The notes under the pieces are model-generated. The model was not told the origin of the DNA, did not search any database, and saw only the letters and a program-made list of their open reading frames with translations. A DNA stretch of 64,000 nt from Macrostomum lignano (lineage: Eukaryota): NCBI GenBank assembly GCA_002269645.1, contig NIVC01002493.1:104702-168701 (forward strand), read 5' to 3'. The translations under genes and the position numbers were made by a program. Below, piece by piece: positions 1-11,829 of this stretch. Position 1 is the stretch's first letter. Every line of letters begins with the position of its first letter.

Positions 1-790
1 GGCGCAGCTTTTTGGGTCATAAATCATCGCTTTCGAAGCTGTTCTGACAGCCACCTGCGCCTCACTCAGTGTTGAGGCGGGCGCCAGATGGTCTGAGAGG
101 ATGCGGGCGGTAGCTTTTTTCTCATCATTTTGACAGGCCATCAAGATTTATGAGGTCAGAGCCTATTGTTCGTGTTCACTCAAGCGTGTGACAGCTTTGA
201 CAGCTATGCGTTTTACCCCTAAAAGTACCTTGGGATTAGCGATTAGTGATTTCTCTTCATTATCTTCACTTTCTATTTAATAAGAGCTTTCTAATGTATA
301 TTTTTTCATTAATTTCTGTCAATCCTACGCGACAAGTCATAAATCATTTTGTTGCGATTTTGATTGATTTATGGCCGCACCTGTCATCTTTTTACGACCC
401 TGTGGGAACTGATAGGATCTCCCGATCACGTGATTCTGGGTAGCAACAAGCTTAGCCAATCAGAAAATTCGGCGCTCATTTTAACAAATCGGCTCAGCCA
501 ATCAGAATCGACGTGTTCCATTATAACAAACTGCGGTCCAGTTGGCGGCTATTTAAACCGGTGTTTTTGGCCCGCTCGGACTGCAATTTGCTCGGACTCC
601 GACTTGCTCGGGCCCAGCACGCAACGTCTGGTTCCCGGAGCGCGACCGTCGTTTCTTGATCCCCGGATTGCGACTTCCCCCCTCATAATCAAGGACGAGT
701 CCCCCGGTCATCAGCAGCGAACATCAAAGTTAAGATCATCACCTGCTAGCTATCTGCGAAGACTGTGACAGCATCATCCCAAGTCTACAG

Positions 791-1395
791 CTGCGGCGCC
801 AAAATGAGTGCCTGCGGCGCCAAAATGAGTGCCTGCGGTTCCAAAATGAGTGCCTGCGGCGCCAAAATGAGTGCCTGCGGCGCCAAAATGAGTGCCTGCG
901 GTTCCAAAATGAGTGCCTGCGGCTCCAAAATGAATGCCTGCTTGCGGCGCCAAAATGAGTGCCTGCTTGCGGCGCCAAAATGAATGCCTGCTTGCGGCTC
1001 CAAAATGAGTGCCTGCTTGCGGCGCCAAAATGAATGCCTGCTTGCGGCGCCAAAATGAATGCCTGCTTGCGGCGCCAAAATGAGTGCCTGCGGTTCCAAA
1101 ATGAGTGCCTGCGGCGCCAAAATGAGTGCCTGCGGCGCCAAAATGAGTGCCTGCGGTTCCAAAATGAGTGCCTGCGGCTCCAAAATGAATGCCTGCTTGC
1201 GGCGCCAAAATGAATGCCTGCTTGCGGCGACAAAATGAGTGCCTGCGGCGCCAAAATGAGTGTCTGCAGCGCCAAAATGAGTGCCTGTGGGTGCTAAAAT
1301 GAGTGCCTGCGGCGCCAAAATGAGCGGCTGCGGCGCCAAAAGTGCCAATGGCATAAGGCATGGCCAGCCAGGCCAACCCGCCCCCCCCCCAATTG
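791..1395. repeat. Minisatellite of 21-bp (GCCTGCGGCGCCAAAATGAGT) and 25-bp variant units plus a tail shared with the MITE at 4041-4306
   Basis: About 25 tandem units. The tail GGCATAAGGCATGGCCAGCCAGGCCAACCC recurs at about 4245-4275. The overlapping ORFs are repeat artefacts. Confidence 0.9.
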
Positions 1396-2223
1396 ATCGA
1401 TTAAAATGATAAAAAATCATTGGCAATCGGTTTGATTGGGGTCCGCTGTCGCCACTAGTGAGTTATAACGTCTCATAATTGTATTTGTCGTCGGCGAATT
1501 TTCTGCAACAGAACCACAGCATGGGACTAAATAGGATTTGGAAAATTGAATGGTTTTTAACAAACGACCGTGAACAATCAGTCTGAGCAAAGTTTTCCAT
1601 CATAAACTTTTAGCCAAATTCCGTTAATTTTACGTGTTGCTCTGTGCTCAGCCTTAATTCAGAAGTTCAGAGTGATGCAGTGACGGCCGCAACACTTAGC
1701 GGGATATTGTCCGACTCAAACGTTGTCACTCGTCAGTCAATCTTCTATAGGGGCTATAGTGGATTGTTTGATTAAGCGAAAATAGCTAGAACAAACGCTA
1801 GAAGCCGTTCATGGCTTCAAAATATGAGAGAAATGCATCAGTAAAAAAGTTTCTTCTTTCGCAACAAAAGCGGAAAAGCAAAAACTCTACTGTGGATTTC
1901 TTTCCTTCAAATTGTCTGCTTCTTCCTGAGCTGGTCTGAGGTTGCTGGTGAGTTTCCTGCCAGAATACGGGGACTTTGCTAGGCCCAGTCAGCCCTAAGA
2001 TTTAAAAGCTACCAGGCTATTACTACCTCAGAGTCAGAAACAACCGGATACAGGCAGAATAAAAGAAGAACATATCTTTCATTGCAACAAAACTTCCTTA
2101 GAATCCCATGGGATATTTCCAAACAAAGCTACAAAAGGTATTCATCACGAGATGCAGTAAAATGCATTAAGAAAGCTGCAGAAGTCCACTGTGGTAGATT
2201 AAGAATTAGTGTACCGATTCAAA

Positions 2224-3415
2224 ATGAGATTCAGTACAGGTAATTTTCGCTTGAGTCTTGCTGAGCTGCGAGCTCCGCTTCTCTTGCTGCTCTGCCTGAG
2301 TGCTATGGCCAGTATCGTCTCTGCTACTAAGACGTCCTTCGAGAAGACCCGACGCTGCCCCACCGCGGCCGCCTCTCCGCTGCCTGGCCTGGCCAGCAAG
2401 CTGCAGTGCGCCGCCGCCTGCTCCCGACTGCCCACATGCAACGCATTCCACTTCGACATCACCACCCGCCTGTGTTACCATGGAGACGCGTGTTCCCAAC
2501 TCGAGCAATGGACTGACGGCGACTGCGACTCCTACAAGTACACCGATGTGCTGTGCGGAGACCGCGGTGAGCGGCTCAGTGGCTGCTGTCTTGACAATTC
2601 TGTATCGCTTCAATGAAATCATTTACTTTGTTTAAACTGATTATAAATTTATCACTGCAGAGTCTTCTGAGCCCCTGGTCAAACCGCTCAAGCTGAAGCT
2701 GTTCTACAAGTTCTCTCGGGGCGGTCTGAAGAATGAGGTCAACCCGAGACTGTCCTGTCTCAAGGCTCACGACGTGACAATTGATGCAGCTGGTGCTCAC
2801 TTCAAGGGCAACACGGGCTCCTACTTGAGCACTGAGACTCCCGGGTTCTGGAACTTCCTATCGATGAACCGAGCATTCTCAGCGTTTACTAGAGTCAGAC
2901 ACCATTTTGGCAATGGGTATTGCACTTTTTAAAGTACTGCGTATGTTTCAATTCTAATTTAATGCATCCGTAGTACTGTAACTTTACACCATCTTTATTT
3001 CAGCTATCAGTTCTACCACAAATTCCAGCAGTGCAAGGGTAATGTGGGAAACACTTTTGCTAAAAGCAACGACTACATCTACAACGTAGCTGTGCTCGAC
3101 AACAATGCCGTGCTGTTCTCATTGTCGCCATCAATTCTACCCTCCGGTGGCCTGCAAAAAGAGATTTCAGTTGGTTTCACATTCAACAGAACTGCGCATC
3201 AGCAATTCTTCTTCAACGGCTCCATCGCTCCGGTTTTCTACGCCTACTCAGAGGCGAACACTTATTCGACAAGTCTGTTCGAGTGCCTTCGCCTGGGCCA
3301 ATCGCTGGTTGATGCCAACTGCCTCAACGGCGTCATGCTGTGCTACGGATTCAGCGCAAAAGTGCTGAGCGTCAGCGACTTTGAGCAGCTCAAGCGGCTC
3401 TGCGACTCCGATTGA
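2224..3415 (+). CDS. Secreted PAN/apple + LamG/ConA-like domain protein (3 exons, 336 aa)
   Basis: join(2224..2566,2661..2916,3004..3415) is 1011 nt, GT-AG, with matching phases. It has a hydrophobic signal (APLLLLLCLSAMASIVSA), a PAN pattern (QCAAACSRLPTCNAFHF..RLC) and a C-terminal LamG-like segment (VGFTFN..FFFNG, LNGVMLCYGFSAKVLS). Domain names come from motif recognition only. Confidence 0.75.
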
Positions 3416-4040
3416 ACAGCTGGAAAGCGATTTTTGCCAACGGAAATTAAAAGGAAGGTCCTGAACTGCGTGTAAAACTGACCGTGACGTGTCGCATAAC
3501 TGAAAGAAAACAATTTTAATTGAACCGCAGGCAATGCTGAGAAACAATGGCACGACAAAAATTGTTTTTCGAATTCGTGACGAAATGAAAAAATCTGAAT
3601 TAGGAGAAATTTCTGAGAAAGGCACGACGCTTGTTAAAATAAAGTTTTCATCAAGCATCTTCTCAAGCTTTGATAACCAGCAGTTGAGGCTTGATCAGAG
3701 ATATCAGAGAGATTCGCGCTAGGGTGGTCTCCAAAGTCACCTGTTGCCACCTGTTGAAGGTCCAGAAGGCGGAGTGGGCAACAAGATGATGAAATTTTTT
3801 TGAGGCTCGGCAGTGCTGATTCTGTTCAATACTTAAATGCTCAAGGGAAAAATTCGATTTTTTGGCGAAATCGTTGAATATCTCGACGGTTCGGAAGGCT
3901 GGCGACTTGATTCTTGTTTGAGGTGTGCGACAAAAGTTAGTCCGTCTTCTTGAGAGTTGTAAGTAAGTTAGTAATATTTGCGAGTCAATATTAATATTTT
4001 CTCTTTAGATTGTGATTAATGCGTAAGAAACTGGCATTTA

Positions 4041-4306
4041 GACAGTGGCCTAGACAGGATGGGGGGGGGGCAGCAGCCCCCCCCCACCCCCCGCCCAATC
4101 GCCTAGGGGGCTGGGGTTGGGCGCGGCGGATACCAAAAACCAGGAGGCAATTGAGTGCCTGCGGCTCTAAAATGAGTGCCTGCGGCGCCAAAATGAGTGC
4201 CTGCGGCGCCAAAATAAGTGCCTGCGGTGCCAAAAGTGGCAGTGGCATAAGGCATGGCCAGCCAGGCCAACCCCCCCCAATTGAAATTCCTGGCTACGCC
4301 ACTGTC
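4041..4306. mobile_element. MITE with imperfect TIRs containing about 4 units of the 21-bp satellite
   Basis: Left end GACAGTGGCCTAGACAGGA; right end reverse complement GACAGTGGCGTAGCCAGGA. No clear TSD. Confidence 0.7.
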
Positions 4307-4312
4307 AGTTAG

Positions 4313-5260
4313 TCATCAAACAACGTCACAGGGCGCCTGGGTGCGAACTTAAACCGCGCCGCCGGCAGTGTCTGGGGGGCCGGCATCAGCCAGCAGGCAG
4401 TCGCCGAGTACGCGCCTGCCCCCGCCGATAGGGTGCCTGCAGCACCTCCTGCACCGGCTGTGGGCAGTACGACTCGGCTCGGATGAAACGGCCTGCTAGC
4501 TGGAGTCGCCGACGGCGCAACAGTTCGCTGGGACGGGACAGGCCGGTGCGGCGATAGAGTGCCGCATTGGTGACTCCCTCGTAGCCGATCTTGAAGGCGG
4601 CGCGCAGCAGGCCAGCATGCGCCGCATCGACCAGCTGTTCGAGCGAGTCCGTCAGCGTTCAGGTCTCGGCGTTGTACAACAGGACGATCTCGATCACCGC
4701 CTGGAACAACGCCGCCCTCTGGCTGTCGGGCAGGGCCTCGGACTACAGGATAACCCTCACGGAACGGAAGGCAGCGCAAACAAGTCCACGCCGACGTCGT
4801 AGGTCCTCGCGAACGTCAGGCACCAGACTGCCGAGGTAGACGAACTGCTGACAGCACGGAAGCTTCGTCGCCTGTCCGTCGGCGCCTCGGCAGAAAATTG
4901 CAGCCTCGATGTCGTCCGGCACGCAGAGCACGACGTTCTTCTGCGTGTTGACCAACAGGTCGACACCCGCCGCACCCAGTCAAGCACTAGGACCAACAGA
5001 AACGGCGCAAGCGTATCTCCCTGAAGCACCCCAGAAGATGTCTCAAAGAAATCCGACAGGCCGTCCGGTGTTAGCACAGCAGCGTTCGTGCCGTGATACA
5101 GCGCCATGACGGCGGAGAGCAGCTGCTCTGGCACGTCGTACGCACGAAGCACCATTGGGAGCACGGCCCTCACGACCGAGTCGAATGCCTTCCTGAAGTC
5201 AACACAAGGACCACTAGAAGTTACTTCTAGTGGTCCTTGAGTCAACAAAGAGAGCAATCA
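4313..5260 (-). mobile_element. Decayed, 5'-truncated RTE-clade non-LTR retrotransposon (RT fragment)
   Basis: Motifs IALFVDFRKAFDSV, SGVLQGDTLAPFL and FVYLGS are present. An internal deletion near 4965 removes the YADD region, and there are stops. Confidence 0.85.
5205..5239. mobile_element. 35-bp perfect hairpin insertion with 8-bp TSD
   Basis: CAAGGACCACTAGAAG-TTA-CTTCTAGTGGTCCTTG is flanked by AGTCAACA at 5197-5204 and 5240-5247. Removing it restores the RT motif ALFVDF. Confidence 0.85.
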
Positions 5261-6703
5261 GGCCTGTGGGCCGACGGGGAGCCAAACAATTAAAAAAGCA
5301 CAGCTGATCGAGAACGTCAAGCTGAGGTTCCAACGAAAAGCCGGCATCGCGGACTTCAAAGATAAAGCGAGCCTGGCAGTTGGTGTGCAGTGCGAGTGTG
5401 TGTCACCTTTTGAGTGTGATGAGGACGCACTTTTTCCCAAATTCCACGCTAGCACTGCACATGAAAAAAGCTCATGATTGCATCCACAATCTCTTGGTCA
5501 CGTGAGCAGTTTGGGTGGCAACAAGCTCAGCCAATCATGAGCTTGTGGATTAATCTGCGGATTGGCTAATCTATATACCTTCAAAATTCTCCCTGCTTGT
5601 CTCTCGCTGTCCCTCTCTTAGCTATAGGACCTAAACTGCTCGCCACACGATCAAGCTACCATGGGGCTGACCATCTGACAGGAGTGGGGGCCAGCAGGAC
5701 TCTTCTAATTGATTTATTTCTGAGACCTGAGGCCCGAAGGCTTCCCCAAAAGGGGGCCGAAAGGCCGAAACCCATCAAAGCATACAATAGATTGACACTA
5801 GGTGTACAGCTCGATCAAGATAAAGCTTAAACTGTGTGACCCTTTGTTTTCATTATACGAGTGTAACGAAAAATTACACATCGTACCACGGTAAATAAAA
5901 TTTTTTTGAGCCTGAAAGCCCTGAGCCAATACAATGGCACCTTTCAAAGTCTATAAATTAAGATGACTTCATCACAATTTCAAATTTTCTCATTAGAAGA
6001 ACTACGTAGCTACCCACGTATTGTCAGTTTAGTATGACAATGTCAATGACAACACGCTATACATTGCATTTTATGCAGCATTGGCTAAGATTTTTTAATC
6101 AGCCATTTTTTCATTATTGCAGTTTTAGTTTTATTTTTAGTTTATTTATTTTCTTAGTTCACTTATTGGTTTAGTTTCGCTTGTAGCAAGTCCACGACCA
6201 ACGGTTATTAGATTTAAATTAATTTAATCGTAGTTTTTAAGAGTGCAAATTCGCTTATTCATTCAAACAAAAGCTATACAATAATAATAAAGCGAAATCC
6301 CTACTAGATAAGAACTGACTTTTTAAGATAACTATACCAGATCAGAATATGTTTTAAAAGACCATAAGGTCTAGAACAAAAGCTGTATCGCTACACGTGG
6401 GAGAATTTGAATTAATTTTGGAAATGTAATATAAATTTTTCATATGCGTGTATAATACGATTCTGCTGATTGCGGCGTGCTGCAATTTTTTGGCACTGGA
6501 CCAGACTGACTGTTCTTGCTAATATTTTAGTTTTACAGGTTCAGTTTAGGCTTAATAAGTTAAGCTATTTGACTGATTAAAATTACATTATAAAAAAAGA
6601 AGTTTCAAATTCAATCCTTCAATTCAAATGCAATGTTAATGCTTTGTTTATTTTTGAACACTAGGCCCTTTTTGCTGTAGGCTGTAGCCAGGGTTTATGG
6701 ATT

Positions 6704-6730
6704 GGGTTAGGGTTAGGGTTAGGGTTAGGG
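6704..6730 (+). repeat. Interstitial telomeric repeat GGG(TTAGGG)4
   Basis: Read directly. It lies between two 19-bp direct repeats TAGCCAGGGTTTAYGGATT. Confidence 0.9.
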
Positions 6731-7132
6731 TAGCCAGGGTTTACGGATTTTCGTCAACTTTTTTTCGTCAACTTGGTTGACGTTGACAAATGTTCCAACC
6801 CTCATTTCTGCAGTTGAAAAATATTCCAAATCTTCCACTGCCTGTTGACAAAAGTTCCATAGCCAGATTGAAGGCATCGGAGAAATGCCTTTGTGCATGA
6901 TTTATTACATACACTGTATTGCATATTCAATTCAACATGTGTTGATTGCCATTGTGCAATGTTGTTGTGTGTTACAATTTACAATCTGAGCATGAACTAC
7001 TAGCTAGTAGATGTACGACTTGCGAGTTGGCACATGAACAGTGTGCACTGTGCAGTGTCTAGGCCTAACACAATTTAGAGAAAATGTGCCTGGTGCCACT
7101 GATTTGTGGAGTATATATCTACTTGTACACAC

Positions 7133-7531
7133 GGTTCCTAGTCATTTCGTCATCTGCCATTTCATCATCTGGGTGTCTGGGGTGCTCACCTCGACTATGG
7201 TCACTTCGTCATCCACCAATCATATTAGTGAATTATTGTGGCAAATAAATATATTTACTTGAAATCCTAATGATCCCAGTCATTTTGTTATCTTGATTGA
7301 TAAAACCTGTCGATCGATCGGTTCTGCTTGCCGCAGCTTTTAGTTATTAAACAAAAAATAGTGTTAGTTTACACTAACTCGAATCATGCACAGATTGATT
7401 GGTTGATAACGAAGTATCCAGTATAACTAAATATTTGGTCACTTCATCATATTATTTTTCAAGCTACTTTGCTTCTGGTCACTTCATCATCCGATATGAC
7501 GAAATGGAATATGACGATCTGACCAGCGACC
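7133..7531. mobile_element. Nested MITE inside the MULE
   Basis: Imperfect TIRs GGTTCCTAGTCATTTCGTCAT vs reverse complement GGTCGCTGGTCAGATCGTCAT, internal GGTCACTTCRTCAT repeats, and flanks GTACACAC/ATACACAC. Confidence 0.55.
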
Positions 7532-9246
7532 ATACACACTCTTTTGTTTTGCTGTCACTTGTATGGAATGAACAACAATATTGACAACTGCATTGTGTGC
7601 CAAGAGGCTGTGTGCCCATAGAAAGAAGGTTTGCAATGAATGTACAGCGGACTATACTCTCATCAAGTCAAGTCTCGTTTATGGACAGTGACTTTTGAAG
7701 TTGTGAGAGAGCCGTTTAGACAGCTTTACATGGTCTACTGCTATATTCACAAAGGAGAAACAGCAAAGCTGGTGATCTTGGCATTTGCTTTAATGTCTGG
7801 GAAGGCTCTACATGACTTTTTGGCAGTCTTTCAACACCTTAGAAGCCTACTACTGAATGGCAGTCTTCCGCAAACATTTGTTCTGGACTTGAATGTGCCG
7901 CATGGCAGACCCTACATGTTGTCTTTCCTGAAGTGACACTAAAGGGCTGTCTATTCTATTATACATAGGCCATGTTCCATTTCGTTCAACAGGCTGGCCT
8001 CCAACAGGCATATATAGCAGATCCTAGTATAAACACTTTCTGCTAGATGCTCATGGTGCTGCCATATCTCCTAGCCGAGCATATAGAAGAGGGCCTGGCA
8101 GAGATTGTTGCAGGAATTGTCAAACCATGCCTTCTCAAAGTTGCAGAGTACGTCAATGCCATCTAGCTAAACAGCCCAGTGTTCAAATGCGAGAAAATGA
8201 GCGTTTACAACCAGACCATTTGCACGAACAATGAGAGCAAGGGGTGGCATTGGCAACTAAAGCAATGAGCAGAGCAAGGTAACATCAGCCTGTACCCCTT
8301 GTTGCAGCTACTGCATAGTTCAGTTGCACAGTGGTGCCAGTAGTGCCAGTTCAGGCAGCATTGGTTCAGCAAAGGCAGACTCAATGGCAGCATTGCGGTC
8401 AGTATAAGGAGCTACAAGAGCTAGCAGACCAGCATTGGTGTGATTATTGTGACAGCCAGCTTACTATCCACAGGCTTCTAGTAGAATGCCAGATGCCATA
8501 TTTTACTTCTGGTAATAAGTAAAATGTGGTACAATTGGCAAGTTGAATTCTTGCCAAGTAATTATTGGACAATAAAGTTTAATAAATTTACTACTAAAAT
8601 ATGTATCACATAAGTTAAAGTTAAAGCGCATCCAATGGAACCCAGTTGACAAAAATTCCACATTTCTCATTGGTAGTTGACAAAGATTCCATTGTTCCTA
8701 TTGGCAGTTGACAAAAAGTTGACAAAAATTCTAGGATCTGTAGCCAGTGTCTCCAATTAGTTTTTCCTCTTTGCTTGTAGTAGATATAATTCTGTATAGG
8801 TTTTGTAAAAAAATATTTTTGTCTAAGTGCAAAAAAACCAAGCCTGGTGAAAAAGTAAAGAAAATTAGAATCTTGCTAAAATTTTAGTTAGGCATAGGGC
8901 CTGTATATAATAGAAAAGTTAGCCTGATTTAATTAGATAAAGGGCATTTTTGTTATATGATCACATATATGACATAGCATTGTCCCTATGGGAGTTAGGA
9001 CTTGATATACAATCTCCTTTATAAGATGGCAAAATTTCACAGTTTGAAAATCAAACTTCAAAATAGGATTACTTCTAAGTGCAATATCATAGCCTCAAGT
9101 TTTGTTTCTTTTAGGAATGTAGCTTTAAATATTTACTTTTGTGATTTAATCATTTAAATATTGAAATTATATTTAGGCAATTGTGAGACAAAACCAAAAG
9201 AGCTTTGTTGGTTTTAAATTACAATTATCACACCAAAACTAATACT

Positions 9247-10208
9247 CAATGTTGGGCATAATACTCAAAAAGTATTGGTAAAAATCAATACTCCAATACC
9301 CTTTTTGAAAAAAGTATTGTCAATACCTGAAAGTCCGATACCCAAATTTGAATATCAACAATATCCTAATTCCAATACTTTATTCTGATACCTGGTCTGT
9401 ACAAAAATAAATGTTTAACAAATAAAAATGCATATATTTAAGCTTCTTAGATCTTCTCCTTGGTTTTTCAGGTGAATAAAGCAAGATTAACATTGTTCTA
9501 AATGATGAAGTCTTCAGTAAAAGAAATAAAATAAAATTAATGAATGAAAACCAATAGTTGCCACTCTAGTAGATAATTAACTATTTATTAGTCTCTATAG
9601 TCATTCTTCTTAATGCAACTTGGCCTTGCCCAATATATGCGCCCAAAATAGGGCATTTCTTTATTCATTGCCGACTGTTTACATATATACATCATTCACT
9701 AAATTGCTTGTGTCATTATAGTATAGTATTTGTGCATTTACTTTTGTAGAAATTCTAGAAGCAATAGGCAATCAGTAGCTAACAGTGTTGCAAAACTTGC
9801 AGCATGATAATTGGCTAAATAATATCATTTTGATGAGAATTACTAATTACTAACTAATTGATAAAGTATATATGGCGCAGGCTATTTTAAAAAGTTCTAA
9901 AAACTAGTTTTAAGGATAAAAGTATTAATTATTTCAGCTTTGTTGGACTAAAAATGAAGTATTTTTATCATAACTTTCTGTAAAATTATGCAACTATTTC
10001 ATTCATTTTTAACAAAATTTTGATTGTTTGCAGGCTCAAAAGTTTAAAAGTATTGGACTATTGGACTATTGAGAAAATTAGAAAATAGTATTGGAAGTTA
10101 TCAAAGTCCGATATTGTCAAAAAAGTATCGACTTCCAATACCCCAATACCCAAAAAGTATTGCCAATAGTATCAAAATATTGGAGTATCAGAATTGTGCC
10201 CAACATTG
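9247..10208. mobile_element. Non-autonomous hAT-like element
   Basis: TIR CAATGTTGGGCAYAAT at both ends, many subterminal AAGTATTG/CAATAC motifs, and a putative 8-bp TSD CTAATACT/CTAATAAA (6/8). Confidence 0.7.
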
Positions 10209-11565
10209 CTAATAAAAATAGTCAAGTCAAATTGTATTTAGAAGGATCATATATTGAAATTTAGGAAATTATTGGTATATTAATCAACAATTTAGTTAAA
10301 AAATAGACTTCTTTAACTTTAGGTACATAAAATACTTTTAAACTTTTGCCAGAGTCTTAGAGCTATCCAAAATTATAATAAAGCAAAAAAAAATTGCCAA
10401 AAATTATTTTCAAAGTTAACAGGAGCTTAGTTTGTTAATCCCTATATAATTAGTGATAATTTGATGCAAGTAGTTGATTGACAAAAAATTGCTTAAATTT
10501 GAAATTAGCACTATCAAAAACCTCTATAGAGACAAAATTATGATCCTTTCAAAACTGCAACTTTTTTATCTATTTAAAGTTCAAGAAGTCCCAAAAACTA
10601 AGATAGTAGTAAGTCTGTATGGTAAGTATAAAAAGTGTCTCATCATTTGAACCCATAGTCTAGATCATGCTAAAGTCATGCCAGAATTCTTCAAAATAAT
10701 ACACGCCAATGCTAAATAAATGTATACCAATTAAAAAATGAAGGACCTATTTTAGCAGTTTTAATTTTATAATAAAAGCTTTAATTTAAAACTAAACTAA
10801 TTATATAGCCTATATGTACAATTGAGGTAAGGGTGGAAAAAAAACAAAATCTTTAATAGTTGGGCAGTTAAGCAAATTTAAATTGCTGCCTGCATTAAAT
10901 TCAGAAATAAAGCTAGCAAATTGCACTGTCAAATCTCAACAAATTTTCTCCTAAATACTCCATTTGCCAGGTCCTTAGTTCTAGGGGGGAGGGTAGTTAT
11001 AATTGTAGTCAAGCAGTCTTTGTTAGGCATAGTCATTCAATTTAGGTCATTTGACACCAAAGTTTTAATGCATGTTGGTTTGCTCAGATGCTTATTAATG
11101 GTAGAGTAGCATTGCCACCATTGTAATTTATATATTATAAAACATTAATGTCTCAGAGCTCACATAGAGTTGAGAACAATTGTTTTTTTATGCTGCATAA
11201 GCAAAACCAAAAGACCTAAAGAAGGCTATTGGCCTATTGATCAATAAATAAATATGCCTAAATAGACAATTATGATTGTAGAAGCTGGTTAAGTAATGCT
11301 GAATATTAGAGCAGGTTATATTGGCAACACTTACAAATCAAGACTAAATCCAGCAGAGTAGCGGGGTGTTAGCTAATTAAAAAGGAGTTGTAGTTGCAAA
11401 GGGCTAAACAGATAAACAATGAATAGTATGTTAAATGCAAGTTAGGTAAGTAGAAATAGGTGAGGAGAAAGAAAAGGCTAGAAGGCTTTTTAAAATTTAA
11501 ATTAACTAGTAGGTCAAGCATATAAATAGTTTAAGCGAAAACAACTTTTAGACAAGGGGCCCAAG

Positions 11566-11829
11566 CATACATGCGCAACAGTCGGCCAAGTCGGCCAAGG
11601 AAGTTGCAAAAATGCCCACCCGAAAAAATGCCAAGTAGTACTAAGTAGCTGACGAGGATTTTGACTTAATAAGACAGTCATAGTTACTCCTGCCGTTTAC
11701 CCAAAGTTGCGTTTATTTTGCGTTAGGGTTTTTTTACATGTAAGTCGCATTTTTGGCTAAAAACTACGTCGCATTTTTGTTAAAACTAAGTTGCATGGCC
11801 GACCAAATTTTGGAGGTTGCACATGTATG
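11566..11829. mobile_element. hAT-type MITE copy 1 carrying a 28S rRNA-like segment
   Basis: TIR CATACATGYGCAAC and perfect 8-bp TSD GGCCCAAG (11558-65, 11830-37). Confidence 0.9.

Larger units (their letters stand above)
6692..8738 (+). mobile_element. Decayed Mutator (MULE) DNA transposon
   Basis: 9-bp TSD TGTAGCCAG (6683-6691, 8739-8747) and diverged TIRs with GTCAAC/GTTGAC subterminal repeats. Transposase remnants at 7680-8100: TFEVVREPFRQL, LAFALMS, KGCLFYYT*AMF, LMVLPYL. Confidence 0.75.

Noticed and set aside
754-764. CTGCGAAGACT matches part of the recalled Macrostomum spliced leader
   Set aside because: An 11-nt match is expected by chance in this much sequence, and there is no donor or Sm site.
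5727-5771. Nested hairpins ending GGCCGAAAGGCCGAAAC, reminiscent of a hammerhead stem II
   Set aside because: The CUGANGA core is incomplete (CTGAGGC) and I could not find stems I and III with an NUH site. An Infernal search would settle it.
11640-11702. Calling the 28S-like segments rRNA genes or an rDNA pseudogene
   Set aside because: They are only about 64 nt, enclosed in TIR/TSD-bounded elements, with no adjoining rDNA sequence.
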